Assembly (NCBI GenBank): GCA_044229845.1
Contig: JBGASG010000009.1
Coordinates: 1 to 64,000, forward strand
DNA from: Candidatus Obscuribacteraceae bacterium
GTDB lineage: Bacteria; Cyanobacteriota; Vampirovibrionia; Obscuribacterales; Obscuribacteraceae
Reading direction: 5' to 3'
Length of the DNA: 64,000 nt
Shown here: piece by piece, positions 29,137-38,843 of the stretch
Layout of the letters: each line of letters opens with the position of its first letter
How positions within the stretch are numbered: the stretch's first letter is position 1
The notes under the pieces: generated by a model
The model's input: the letters and a program-made list of their open reading frames with translations, nothing else
Database searches by the model: none
Told to the model about the DNA's origin: nothing
Position numbers and translations under genes: made by a program

Positions 29137-30123
29137 CTAGCGAGTCAGCAATTGCTGTCTTTGCTGATTTTGCATGCGGATGAACTGCGGAAGATCGCAG
29201 TATGCGTAACCGACTACGCGATTGCCGAGCACCGAGAAGAGCACGACGCCGGTCTTCGCTTCGTTGATGTCGAAGGTGACGTCATAAGCAAGGTGCTTGA
29301 TGTACTGCATGCAGTACGGCTGATCTGTGTAATCAATTGGCAGGATGATGCCGATCTGTTCCGGCAAAATCTGGTGATCTTGCGGAACGCCAATCTGCGC
29401 ACGTCCTTCGATGTAGCAGCTGTTCGGCACGGCAACCGCAGCGGTCAGGCGAACTGTGCCTGGGGTGAGCGGAAGAATGCGAGCTTCCGGCGTCCAGATT
29501 CTGTCTGTGCTCATGGTCGTTTCGCGGAAACGCGGCTCAGGCATTCTGTTGAAGCCGATGGGTGCTTCCATCAGCGCACGCGAGTAGGTCGCAGTAGTGG
29601 GGAACTGTTGCTGGAAGTTGATTGGCATCTGTTGTGGCAGGTTCATCTGCATGGGCATCTGTTGATGCAACTGGTGTTGTTGCCACATCGGCAGTTGCTG
29701 CTGCCACATCAACTGTTGTTGCAGTTGCTGCTGTTGTTGATATGTATAGGTGTCACCGTAACCCTGATAGAAGAATTCACCAGGCTTGAGTGAATAATGA
29801 TCTATAGGATCGCCGACCAGGCTCTTCGCTTCCATATTTACGATGGCCAGGAACGATGGCGTCACCAGACAGAACGTATCTTCGCCGCAGTCCAGTTCTA
29901 CAAACACGCGTCTGTATTCGGGGATGCTGTAGCCCCCGCTCAAGCACTGGATGCTTCTGAAGCGGTAGCCGTCCTTCAGCTTTTGAGTGAGCAGGTCGGA
30001 GACACGCTTATCGCTGAAGGCGATGTGCTGGGCAACCACACAGGGATCGGTGGAAGTCAGGGCGCTTCTTTCCAACTTCTTCAACTCTTTGCTCAGAATT
30101 TCGACAACCTTTTTCTCATCCAT
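29137..30123 (-). CDS. Hypothetical two-domain protein with Gln-rich linker
   Basis: GAGGA RBS; poly-Q/M/P tract. Confidence 0.75.
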   Translation of the reverse strand: MDEKKVVEILSKELKKLERSALTSTDPCVVAQHIAFSDKRVSDLLTQKLKDGYRFRSIQCLSGGYSIPEYRRVFVELDCGEDTFCLVTPSFLAIVNMEAKSLVGDPIDHYSLKPGEFFYQGYGDTYTYQQQQQLQQQLMWQQQLPMWQQHQLHQQMPMQMNLPQQMPINFQQQFPTTATYSRALMEAPIGFNRMPEPRFRETTMSTDRIWTPEARILPLTPGTVRLTAAVAVPNSCYIEGRAQIGVPQDHQILPEQIGIILPIDYTDQPYCMQYIKHLAYDVTFDINEAKTGVVLFSVLGNRVVGYAYCDLPQFIRMQNQQRQQLLTR

Positions 30124-30480
30124 TTGAATGGTCCTCAATGAGTTTAGTGCGAAAGCACAACGAGACGCCCCTGCCGGACGGCGGGGTGTTTCATTTGCTT
30201 GCCGGAAATTATATCCACTCTCACTCGAGGGTGATCATCTTTTCACCGATTAATTCTGGGATTTTTCGATATGCGCCGGATATCCGGGCGCGTATGCGTG
30301 ATTAAGCCTCAGGCTATGCATGATGTTTTGATCGACTATAAGGGGTCGTGGCCGCCTGTGAGTCACTGCTGAAAAGCGGCTCCTGTAGCTGCATTCGGGC
30401 GAATGGCATACCGGTGCCCGCTTTTGACGGTCGCACCACCGGTGGAGGCAGGGGTGATTCTTGGTTTTGGGCGGTCAGGA

Positions 30481-31065
30481 TCAGTTACTGGTCTGCAAAA
30501 GATCGGACGGCAGATCGACATCGACTGCCGCCTGCGGCAACGCCAACAGGCAGGCGCGATCGCGGTGCTGCGCGATCAAAGACTTGGCGCCACGGTCACC
30601 GTCCAGCCTGCTCAAGGCATCAAAGAACGCATTATTGAAGATGGCCGGGATGCCAAAAGTGTCGCCGTAACTAGCGCAGCAAATCGGCAGTTCGCTCTCG
30701 CGGAACTTGTCTATCAAAAGACTGTAATCGCCTGCCTTCAGCATGACCTGATCGCATGCCACCAAAAGCAGTGCGTCGGCTTGCAGGTCGGTTGCCCAGT
30801 CCGCGGCAACTTTGATTGAGCTGGCTACTCCGGAGCTTGCCTCCGGATTGGGCAGCACCTGCACCTTTTTGTCTGCCAGTTCGATGGCGATGGCATTCTG
30901 GAAGGGACCGCCGACGACGACGGCGACGGTGCAAGGTGGACGCACCGCGCGGCACTGGCTGACGCAATGTGAGACCAGAGTTGTGTCATTGTAGGGCGCC
31001 AGTTGTTTTGCTGAACCGAATCTGGTTGATGCGCCGGCGGCTAATATTGCGATACCGATGTTCAT
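30481..31065 (-). CDS. mocA: Molybdenum cofactor cytidylyltransferase
   Basis: ILAAGASTRFGSAKQL, CDQ, GDRGAK, DVD; located in a Mo-enzyme operon. Confidence 0.85.
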   Translation of the reverse strand: MNIGIAILAAGASTRFGSAKQLAPYNDTTLVSHCVSQCRAVRPPCTVAVVVGGPFQNAIAIELADKKVQVLPNPEASSGVASSIKVAADWATDLQADALLLVACDQVMLKAGDYSLLIDKFRESELPICCASYGDTFGIPAIFNNAFFDALSRLDGDRGAKSLIAQHRDRACLLALPQAAVDVDLPSDLLQTSN

Positions 31066-31079
31066 GGCGTTCTTTTCGC

Positions 31080-32126
31080 TTAGCTGACGCTGGCGTGTAT
31101 CGGGGCACCTTTCTCGCACAGCGAGCGTGAACTGGTGCGAGCCAGAACGCTGATAATCTCGGCGACGATTGAAACAGCAATCTCTTCGGGGCTGTCGGCG
31201 CCGATGTCCAGCCCGACCGGGAAATTGAGGTCTTCCGCTCGTCCGAGGCAGTCGAGATCGGTAAGCATTTGCATGGTGCGCTTGCGTGGACCCATGATGC
31301 CACGGTACGGCAATGCGTGAGTGATTTTGAGAATGCAGGACAGGGCTGCCTTGTCCTCTTCGAAGTTGTGGCTCATGATCACGATCGCCGTCCGGCTGTC
31401 CGTTGCGATCTCTTGCAGTTGCTCGCCGCGCCGGCGCAAAGTTTCGACAGCTGAAAACCTTTCTTCCAGAAGGCGGGGACGCCAGTCGACCAGGACGACG
31501 GACATGCCGGTGTTGGCAGCCAGTTGTGCGAGCAAGCGACCGTCTTGTTGAGCGCCGAAAATGATCAGGCGCAGCGGTGGCTGAATGAACTCAACTGCGA
31601 TCTTGATGGATGTTTCTTCATCGAGTGTGGTATCGACGACCGCTGTTTTCAGCAAGTTGTGGTCGCGAATCAGTTGTCCGGTGTGTTCGGGAGACAACCG
31701 GGTGCCGACCAGGTTTGCCGGACCATCGATGATTGTGGCCAGTGTGCCGGTGGTGCGTTCAGCTAGAACCGTATCGGCAAAGACTGCCAGTGGGTTTTGC
31801 GGGTCGGCGAAAGCATCCTCGATGAGAATGCAGATAGCACCGGCGCATCCGGCATTCAGCGCGAACACATCGTCGCCGCGGTTGTCGTAAGAAACGACGC
31901 GGGGCAGCGCACCGGCAAAAAAGTCATCGATTTGAGAGAGCAGGTCCGACTCCAGGCAGCCGGCGCTGATGGTACCTGCTTGCCTGCCTGATTTGCCGAT
32001 CAGCATGTGGGCGCCCAGCTTTCTGTAGGAGGAACCTTGAATGTCGACAATCGAGAAAAGCAGCGCCGGTTCGCCTGCTTCTGCGAACTCTTGCTTGAGT
32101 GTATGGAGATTTTGCCAGTCGCTCAT
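31080..32126 (-). CDS. xdhC: XdhC/CoxI family Moco-insertion chaperone (PaoD-like)
   Basis: GSSYRKLGA..GTISAGCLE..GCAG..PVGLDIGADSPEEIAVSI. Confidence 0.9.
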   Translation of the reverse strand: MSDWQNLHTLKQEFAEAGEPALLFSIVDIQGSSYRKLGAHMLIGKSGRQAGTISAGCLESDLLSQIDDFFAGALPRVVSYDNRGDDVFALNAGCAGAICILIEDAFADPQNPLAVFADTVLAERTTGTLATIIDGPANLVGTRLSPEHTGQLIRDHNLLKTAVVDTTLDEETSIKIAVEFIQPPLRLIIFGAQQDGRLLAQLAANTGMSVVLVDWRPRLLEERFSAVETLRRRGEQLQEIATDSRTAIVIMSHNFEEDKAALSCILKITHALPYRGIMGPRKRTMQMLTDLDCLGRAEDLNFPVGLDIGADSPEEIAVSIVAEIISVLARTSSRSLCEKGAPIHASVS

Positions 32127-32143
32127 CTTATGTAATAACCAGT

Positions 32144-34381
32144 TTAGCCCATCAACTTATCGAGGGAAATCGGTAGATCGCGGACACGCACTCCGGTGGC
32201 GTTGTAGACGGCATTGGCGACAGCTGCTGCCGCGCCTGTGATGCCGATTTCGCCGATGCCGTGACCGCCCAGTGGGTTCGCTTTGTAATCGGGAATTTGC
32301 ACGAACTCGACATGCAGATCTGGAATATCGGCATGCACCGGTACGTGATACTCGGCAAAGTCGGCATTCATGGTGCGTCCGTAGCGAGGATCCATGAGGC
32401 TTTCTTCCATGAGGGCCATGCCGACTCCCATGATGATGCCACCATAGATCTGGCTGACCGCCGTTTTCATGTTGAATATTTTGCCGCCATCGATGACGGC
32501 TACCCAGCGGCTGATGCGCACCGAACCAAAATCCGGATCGACTTTGACTTCGCAGAAGTGCGCTCCAAATGAGTGCATCGAGTATTTGCCGGCCTCCGGA
32601 TTGAGGTTTTCGACCGACCGGGCATCCAGTTCGGTTTTGCCGCTGCGCTTCAAGATTTCTACGTAGCGGTCGGTTTTGGTGCTGTCGGTTTTGCTTTGCA
32701 AGCCGCCGTTGTGTGCTTCTATATCTGCCGGCTTCATGCCGTGCAAAGGCGATTTGCCGTCGGCAACAGCCAGAGCGATCATTTTGTGCACCAGCTTGTC
32801 GCAGGCGTCTTTGACCGCCGTGCCCACGCAGGTCGCCGAAGTGGACCCGCCTGATACTCCAGCCGGAGGCAGTCTGGTATCACCCAGCTCGAAGGTGATT
32901 TTATCCATCGGCAGTGCCAGTTCGTCGGCGGCAATCTGCGTCATGATCGTGTAGGTGCCGGTACCGATATCCTGAGATCCGGACTGCACCGTGGCATGTC
33001 CGTTTTGCGCGATGACGGCGCGCGCGTGAGAGGGAAACGCCCAGACCGGATATGTGGCGGTAGCCATGCCCATGCCCACCAGGAGTCCGCTGTCATCATG
33101 CACGGAGCGCGGCTTGGGATTGCGTTTGTCCCAACCAATTTTTTGAGCGCCCAGTTCGTAGCACCGGCGCAGATTCTTATTCGAATACGGAAGATTGTTT
33201 TCTTCGTCCTTTTCCGAATAATTGATCAGGCGTACCTGAATCGGATCGATATCGGCTGCCGCCGCCAGTTCGTCCATAGCCGATTCCAGAGCGAATGTGC
33301 CTGGGGTCTCCCCTGGTGCGCGCATCCATGTAGGTTTGCCGATGCTCTGTTTCACCAGCCGATGGGTGGTTTGGACATTGGGGCAGGAATAGAGGAAACG
33401 GGTGACGATCGCGCAGTTCTCGACAAACTCGTCGAACTCCGAAACTTCCATGCGCGCATTATGTATGATCGCCGTCAGCTTGCCTGACTTGTCGGCGCCC
33501 ATGCGTATTTGCTGGGAAGTGTACGGACGAAACCCGACCGGACCGAAGGTCTGGGTACGTTTCATGTTGAGGCACACAGGCACCTTGGCTATTTTGGCTG
33601 CCAGTGCCGTCAGTGGCGTGTTCGACCAGACCGAACCCTTGCATCCGAAGCCGCCACCGGTGTAGGGGCAGATGACCCGCACGTTTTCCGGCGGTATATG
33701 GAAGATTGCCGCCAGTCGCGATTGAGCTCCGGATACACCCTGTGTGGCGTCCCAGACCGTCAACTTATCGCCTTCCCACATGGCGGTGGTGGCATGCGGT
33801 TCCATCGGGCAATGCACTTCGCGCGGGGTCGAATACGTATGGTGAAACTTGACCGGAGCGCCTTGCCAATTTTTCTGCGCGTCACCTCGGGAAGTGTCGG
33901 TTTTGATGCCCAGTCCGGCGTTGTCCGCCGGTGCATATTCAGGTGGTGAGCTGCTTGGGTCGTGGACGTTGACGATTGGCTTTTCTTCCTTATATGTGAC
34001 CTTGACGAGAGCAGCTGCCTGGCAGGCGATCTCGTATGTGTCGGCAACCACCACGCCGATATTCTGGCGGTCATGAAATATCTTGTTGCTTTGCAGCAAA
34101 TTGAGTTCGTTGTCGAACATTCCCGACTTGCCGACTTTGTTGTTGCCTGAATTTTTGTGAGTGACGACTGCGATCACCCCGGGCAGTTTGAGCGCCTGAC
34201 TATCGTCGATGGCTTCCATGGTGCCGCGAGCGATGGTGCTCTGCAGGAGCACTCCATATTTGACACCTTCGGGAAGATGCTCGGCGGCATACTTTGCCTG
34301 TCCGGTGACTTTCGCTCGTCCGTCGACTCTGTTCAGAGGTTTGCCGAGGACGGCAGCTTGAATCTTTTCGTCGGTCTTCAT
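32144..34381 (-). CDS. paoC: Aldehyde oxidoreductase molybdopterin-binding subunit
   Basis: RVDGRAKVTG, GGGFGCKG, MRAPG, QDIGTG, GIGEIG. Confidence 0.9.
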   Translation of the reverse strand: MKTDEKIQAAVLGKPLNRVDGRAKVTGQAKYAAEHLPEGVKYGVLLQSTIARGTMEAIDDSQALKLPGVIAVVTHKNSGNNKVGKSGMFDNELNLLQSNKIFHDRQNIGVVVADTYEIACQAAALVKVTYKEEKPIVNVHDPSSSPPEYAPADNAGLGIKTDTSRGDAQKNWQGAPVKFHHTYSTPREVHCPMEPHATTAMWEGDKLTVWDATQGVSGAQSRLAAIFHIPPENVRVICPYTGGGFGCKGSVWSNTPLTALAAKIAKVPVCLNMKRTQTFGPVGFRPYTSQQIRMGADKSGKLTAIIHNARMEVSEFDEFVENCAIVTRFLYSCPNVQTTHRLVKQSIGKPTWMRAPGETPGTFALESAMDELAAAADIDPIQVRLINYSEKDEENNLPYSNKNLRRCYELGAQKIGWDKRNPKPRSVHDDSGLLVGMGMATATYPVWAFPSHARAVIAQNGHATVQSGSQDIGTGTYTIMTQIAADELALPMDKITFELGDTRLPPAGVSGGSTSATCVGTAVKDACDKLVHKMIALAVADGKSPLHGMKPADIEAHNGGLQSKTDSTKTDRYVEILKRSGKTELDARSVENLNPEAGKYSMHSFGAHFCEVKVDPDFGSVRISRWVAVIDGGKIFNMKTAVSQIYGGIIMGVGMALMEESLMDPRYGRTMNADFAEYHVPVHADIPDLHVEFVQIPDYKANPLGGHGIGEIGITGAAAAVANAVYNATGVRVRDLPISLDKLMG

Positions 34382-35364
34382 GCTTTTTGCAGCTCCTGGT
34401 AAGCTCTAACAATGGTGCGCTTGGACAGCTCGATTTTGAACTTGTTGTGACTGCGCGGCACGGCATCGGACAGTGCCAGCTCTGCAGCCGCTCGATAGGA
34501 GGCTGTTTCGGCGGACTTGCCTTGCAAGTCGCTTTCTGATTTCTGGCATCTCCAGGGTTTAGTGCCGACGCCGCCCAACGCCAGGCGCGCTTCTTTGATT
34601 TTGCCGCCATCGGTAACCAGCGCCACCGCCGCTGATGTGAGAGCGAAGGAGAAGGAAGCCCGGTCGCGCACCTTGTGATAGTGAGAATGGCGTGCCAGAT
34701 CGCTCTTGGCGATCTCAACGGCGGTGATTATTTCGTGGGGTTTGAGAACGGTCTCGATCTCGGGGTTTTTGCCGGGCAATGTATGAAACTCGATCAGCGG
34801 AATTTCTCTGTGGCTGCTGCCGTCATGTACCCGCACCACGGCATCCAGTGCCGCCAGTGCCACGCACATATCGGAGGGGTGGGCGGCTATACATTCATCG
34901 CTGGTGCCCAGCACTGCGTGCATGCGGTTGAAACCATCGATGGCGGGGCAGCCGCTGCCTGGGCGGTTTTTATTGCAAGACATGACCGGATCGCGGAAGT
35001 AGCAGCAGCGAGTGCGCTGCATGAGATTTCCGGCTACTGTTGCCGCATTGCGTAGTTGCGGTGAAGCGCCGGACAAGATTGCCTGGCTCAAGACGGGAAA
35101 CTCGCTTTGAATCAACGCGTGATGCGCCACCGCCGAGTTGCTGGCACCGCCGCTGATGACCACGGTTTTTCCGCTGTCTTTCACCGCCGACGATTCGCCG
35201 CTGCTCTTGCGCACGTCAATCAGTTGCGGCGGCGCCATAACGTCCAGTTTCATCAAATCGACAAGACACGTGCCGCCACCGAGGAAGATACCGCCGCCCG
35301 AAGCTTTCTGTTTTGACGAAGCGTCGGACGGGTCGTTGGCTTTCACGTATGAAAATGGTTGCAT
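34378..35364 (-). CDS. paoB: Aldehyde oxidoreductase FAD-binding subunit with 4Fe-4S insert
   Basis: GGGTCLVDLMK, ASPQLRNAAT, RCCYFRD..CNK..GC..CIAAHPSD. Confidence 0.9.
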   Translation of the reverse strand: MQPFSYVKANDPSDASSKQKASGGGIFLGGGTCLVDLMKLDVMAPPQLIDVRKSSGESSAVKDSGKTVVISGGASNSAVAHHALIQSEFPVLSQAILSGASPQLRNAATVAGNLMQRTRCCYFRDPVMSCNKNRPGSGCPAIDGFNRMHAVLGTSDECIAAHPSDMCVALAALDAVVRVHDGSSHREIPLIEFHTLPGKNPEIETVLKPHEIITAVEIAKSDLARHSHYHKVRDRASFSFALTSAAVALVTDGGKIKEARLALGGVGTKPWRCQKSESDLQGKSAETASYRAAAELALSDAVPRSHNKFKIELSKRTIVRAYQELQKA

Positions 35365-35954
35365 CAGGCATTCCCCCGCACTTGTTGAATGGCTGCGATG
35401 ATGTTGGGATAGGCGCCGCAACGGCAGATATTGCCGCTCATACATTCCCGCACTTCGTTGTCGGATTTGCCGCATGGCTCTTTGAGCAGGGCTACCGCCG
35501 ACATGATCTGTCCAGGGGTGCAGTATCCGCATTGAAATCCGTCATGCTCGATAAATGCGGTTTGCATGGCATGCAGATCTTCGCCGTCTGCCAGCCCCTC
35601 GATGGTAGTGATCTCGTCGCCGTCGTGCATGACTGTCAGGGTCAGGCACGACTTGATGCGCTCGCCGTTCACCAGTACTGTACATGCGCCGCATTGCCCA
35701 TGATCGCAGCCCCTCTTGGAGCCGGTCAGGCGCAGATCGTGCCGCAGAAAATCCAGCAGCGTCATGCGCGTGTCGACTGAGACTTTTTGCGAATTACCGT
35801 TGACCTTGAGTGTCACTTGTTGCATCGAAACACCTTTGACTTTGAATTCCTGCCCCGGCTGTGCCCAGCCTGCAGTGCGCGAAAAACCACTGCCCAGCAA
35901 GCCGACTGACAAGGCAAGACGATTGAACATACGTCTGCTGATTCTCTTGCGCAT
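35364..35954 (-). CDS. paoA: Aldehyde oxidoreductase 2Fe-2S subunit with Tat signal
   Basis: SRRMF Tat motif; GCDHGQCGAC, QCGYCTPGQ, CRC. Confidence 0.9.
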   Translation of the reverse strand: MRKRISRRMFNRLALSVGLLGSGFSRTAGWAQPGQEFKVKGVSMQQVTLKVNGNSQKVSVDTRMTLLDFLRHDLRLTGSKRGCDHGQCGACTVLVNGERIKSCLTLTVMHDGDEITTIEGLADGEDLHAMQTAFIEHDGFQCGYCTPGQIMSAVALLKEPCGKSDNEVRECMSGNICRCGAYPNIIAAIQQVRGNA

Positions 35955-36014
35955 TTCAGCTCCGGCCGCGATGAAAGCGCACGATCATAGCATGATCAGA
36001 GTGTTGTTAAGTAC

Positions 36015-36623
36015 TCAAGAAGCGACTCTGCCACTTGACTCCTGGGCGCAGTCAGGGCAGCGTTTGCCGCCTCTGCAGCGGGTGGCGATGCCGGCTTGCC
36101 AGACATGCTTGGGATTTTTTCGGCACTGCCACCAGACACTTTTGTGGGAGCGAGCCGAAATGTAATCGGGAGTCAACGATCCGTTGAGCATGTAGTGCCA
36201 CTCGAAAGACAGAGAAGGATTTGATTGCGCAAGTGAGACTTTGTCTTTGCGTTTGACTTTGCGATTGGTGTCACTGATGGTGGCGTCAGGTGTAATAGAG
36301 CTGGTGGTGGCAGAGGCAAGTTTTTGCCTGGGTTCGGGTTTCGTCGCCGGTGCTGGTTTTTTCAAAGCTGCGCAAGCTGGACAGCCCTTGTTTCCGAAGA
36401 CGCGGCTGGCGATCGGCAGGCGATAATCGTCATGTCCGCGACGGCAGCGCCACCAGGCTCGAACCAGCGACGCAACCGAGAAGTCGTCCGGCTGCCATCC
36501 GCAGTTGCGTGTGGGCGACCACTCTCCCGCCAGATAACCGTGTGACTGGGAGAATGATTTGCAGCTGGAAACCGGCGCTGGCTGCGCCACATCTTCGATA
36601 TCGATGAAACTGGAGAGAGCCAT
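36015..36623 (-). CDS. Treble-clef zinc-ribbon (DUF4379-like) protein, two domains
   Basis: EW...N..P......S...WWxC..GH....I..R....GCPAC occurs twice. Confidence 0.85.
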   Translation of the reverse strand: MALSSFIDIEDVAQPAPVSSCKSFSQSHGYLAGEWSPTRNCGWQPDDFSVASLVRAWWRCRRGHDDYRLPIASRVFGNKGCPACAALKKPAPATKPEPRQKLASATTSSITPDATISDTNRKVKRKDKVSLAQSNPSLSFEWHYMLNGSLTPDYISARSHKSVWWQCRKNPKHVWQAGIATRCRGGKRCPDCAQESSGRVAS

Positions 36624-36755
36624 GGCGGAAATGACCCCCGAGCCGGAAAAGGCATATGTACTTCTATCCTACGCCTTAAATCTGAAATCCGTAAGAGCAG
36701 CACAAGTGCCGAAAACTTGGGGGTCTGCGCCCGGAAATGCCCTTTCTGATGCGGG

Positions 36756-36787
36756 TTCCAACAGGGCTGTTGGAAATCTGCGTGGTA
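36756..36787. promoter_or_regulatory. Palindromic operator-like site between divergent zinc-ribbon genes
   Basis: TTCCAACAG-GG-CTGTTGGAA followed by atctgCGTGGTA. Confidence 0.6.
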
Positions 36788-36849
36788 GAACAAAGTTATA
36801 TAGACCTTTGGGGACATTTCTCTCTCGCCTGAAGGCAAACAGGAGACCT

Positions 36850-37077
36850 ATGGAAGGTAACAGAGCCAGCAATCAAAGTGACGGATGTGAGCTGACCATC
36901 AACGTCGATAAGGCTGCGGCGCCCAAGGTAAGACGGCTTACTTGCCAGAGTGCCAAGCCATCTCTGGACTCGCCCTGTTGGTGGAGTTGCAACGACAACG
37001 AGCAGCACGTCTGGTTTGCGGCGGTAAGCCCAAACCAAGAAGAGCTGCGTTGTCCGTTTTGCACCACTAAAAACTGA
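36850..37077 (+). CDS. Small single-domain zinc-ribbon protein
   Basis: AGGAG RBS; WWSCNDNEQHVW..CPFC. Confidence 0.75.
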   Translation: MEGNRASNQSDGCELTINVDKAAAPKVRRLTCQSAKPSLDSPCWWSCNDNEQHVWFAAVSPNQEELRCPFCTTKN

Positions 37078-37079
37078 GG

Positions 37080-37568
37080 CTATCTGGGACGAGCGTTAGT
37101 AGTTGTAGTGAAGCGATAAGCGGTCACTTGACCGGTGCGTGTGTTGACCAGTGAGAAGACACCCTCGTCGTTCAGCTTGGCGCGGTAGGGCGAGCCATCC
37201 AGGTAGACGTCATTGAGAGCCATGGTGGCTTGGCGCATTGCCACCGGGTCGTTTGTGCGCCCGTTCATGACGACGCCTAACAAGTGCAGAATGCTCGGGT
37301 GATCGGGCGGCGCCCCGGCGATCAATTTATCGCCCAGGGCGCGGGCCTGGCGATTGACCTCGAAGAGCGGATCACAAAATGTGGTGGTAGCGGCGGCCGC
37401 CAGGATGCTCAGATCGGTGGACAGATTGGCCACTTGCACGGGATTGTCTCCCTGTGTCTGAGCGGCACCAGGGGCAGTGCCTACCACGGCTAGAAAATTC
37501 AGTCGGTCGGATGCGACCGGGGTGTATGTCGGAATCGCAGATGATTCACTCTGCTCGTAAGCAGTCAT
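37080..37568 (-). CDS. Hypothetical protein
   Basis: AAAGGAG RBS; third gene of a tight three-gene run. Confidence 0.7.
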   Translation of the reverse strand: MTAYEQSESSAIPTYTPVASDRLNFLAVVGTAPGAAQTQGDNPVQVANLSTDLSILAAAATTTFCDPLFEVNRQARALGDKLIAGAPPDHPSILHLLGVVMNGRTNDPVAMRQATMALNDVYLDGSPYRAKLNDEGVFSLVNTRTGQVTAYRFTTTTNARPR

Positions 37569-37581
37569 AGTATTTCTCCTT

Positions 37582-38040
37582 TTAGTATGGTTGGTTGCGT
37601 TCAAGTCGGCTACGCACGTGGTCACGGATCCGGCTTTGCAAGTGGCGTGGCGTGCTTTCGTTATTCAGTTGCGACATCAGGAATTGCAGGGGTTGAGCGC
37701 TTATGATGTGCTCGAGGGCCCCCTCGACTCGACGGCGTTGCTCCAGGGTTAGCGTGCCTGACTCCCGGGCGTTGGCCAGGTGCGCAGCCGCGGGCCAGCC
37801 CATTCTCTCGGCTGCTTGTGTGGCACGCTCACGTGTCGGCCAGTGTGAGCTGTCCATGCTGGCAATCAACTGGTAGACTCGCTGGGCATTGGCAAGGGAC
37901 GCAGCATTGCCGAGCGCCGCCTCGAACGTATTGGACGAGGTCATCAAGGACAGATACTCGTTGAGCAAAGGTACCGTTGCTCGCGATTCAGGCGGGCGAG
38001 GCGCTGCTTCGCGCTCTGGTTGTTGCATGTTGCCGTCCAT
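37582..38040 (-). CDS. Hypothetical helical protein
   Basis: GAGGAG RBS; short gaps to neighbouring genes. Confidence 0.7.
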   Translation of the reverse strand: MDGNMQQPEREAAPRPPESRATVPLLNEYLSLMTSSNTFEAALGNAASLANAQRVYQLIASMDSSHWPTRERATQAAERMGWPAAAHLANARESGTLTLEQRRRVEGALEHIISAQPLQFLMSQLNNESTPRHLQSRIRDHVRSRLERNQPY

Positions 38041-38056
38041 GTGCTGCGCTCCTCTC

Positions 38057-38698
38057 TTATCGTGGTGTCACTCGCTGGAATACCTGGTTGCGTGGACCGC
38101 CGGGATTATTGGCTGCCGGAGACACTATGTATTCGTTGCGTCCGTCGAAGAAACGTGTGACGCCCTGTGCGTCTGCGATCACCCACTGACCGCCGCGAAA
38201 ACTGTATTGCGTTTCGCCGCCGCCGCCCATGAACATTCGCGGCTTTTTGATCATCTGATCGTTGACCTGATTGACAGGCGTGACGCGCACTGCCTGATCC
38301 GTTTCGTAGCCGCCGTTGGGAAGCAGAGTCAGTGTCGGTCCGTTCGCCCCTAACTGAATCTGTTCTGCGCCCTGGAAGCGCGTCAGTCGAAATGCGTTGT
38401 CGCCGGCTGTGATTACCTGTGGAACCTCCGGCGTCTCGGCGGCATCATTCGGTCCGGCCACGGCACCACCGGGTCCGGGACCCATCGCGCGGGCCACGAC
38501 ATTCTCCGGTGCCGGTGCGTTGCCGGCACCACCTGGCGCTGCCGGTGCTTCCATCGGAGCCGCCGGCGGTGCCGGTTGCACGACCGCGACATCAAATCTG
38601 GTGGCAGTTACTTCCGTCAAGAGCGCGTTGTGCGCCTCGGCAGCTGCGGCTGCGGTTTGCTGGTAAACTAGCGATTCAAAATTCTCTACTTCGGCCAT
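38057..38698 (-). CDS. Hypothetical protein with Pro/Ala linker and beta-rich C-terminus
   Basis: GAGGA RBS; MAEVENFE start. Confidence 0.7.
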   Translation of the reverse strand: MAEVENFESLVYQQTAAAAAEAHNALLTEVTATRFDVAVVQPAPPAAPMEAPAAPGGAGNAPAPENVVARAMGPGPGGAVAGPNDAAETPEVPQVITAGDNAFRLTRFQGAEQIQLGANGPTLTLLPNGGYETDQAVRVTPVNQVNDQMIKKPRMFMGGGGETQYSFRGGQWVIADAQGVTRFFDGRNEYIVSPAANNPGGPRNQVFQRVTPR

Positions 38699-38843
38699 TG
38701 GTTTGTCCTCGAAAAACCCATGCCCGCAGCTTAGGCGAAGCGCTTGCCTGTAGCGATATTGCAAGCCGCACAGTTGCTGAGGCATGCCACGAAGCCGGAA
38801 TGCCGTAATGAGCAGGCGTCCACTGCACAAATGTGCAGACGCA

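Noticed and set aside
30481..35954. Molybdoenzyme operon as a novel system
   Set aside because: Matches the well-known PaoABC/XdhC/MocA arrangement
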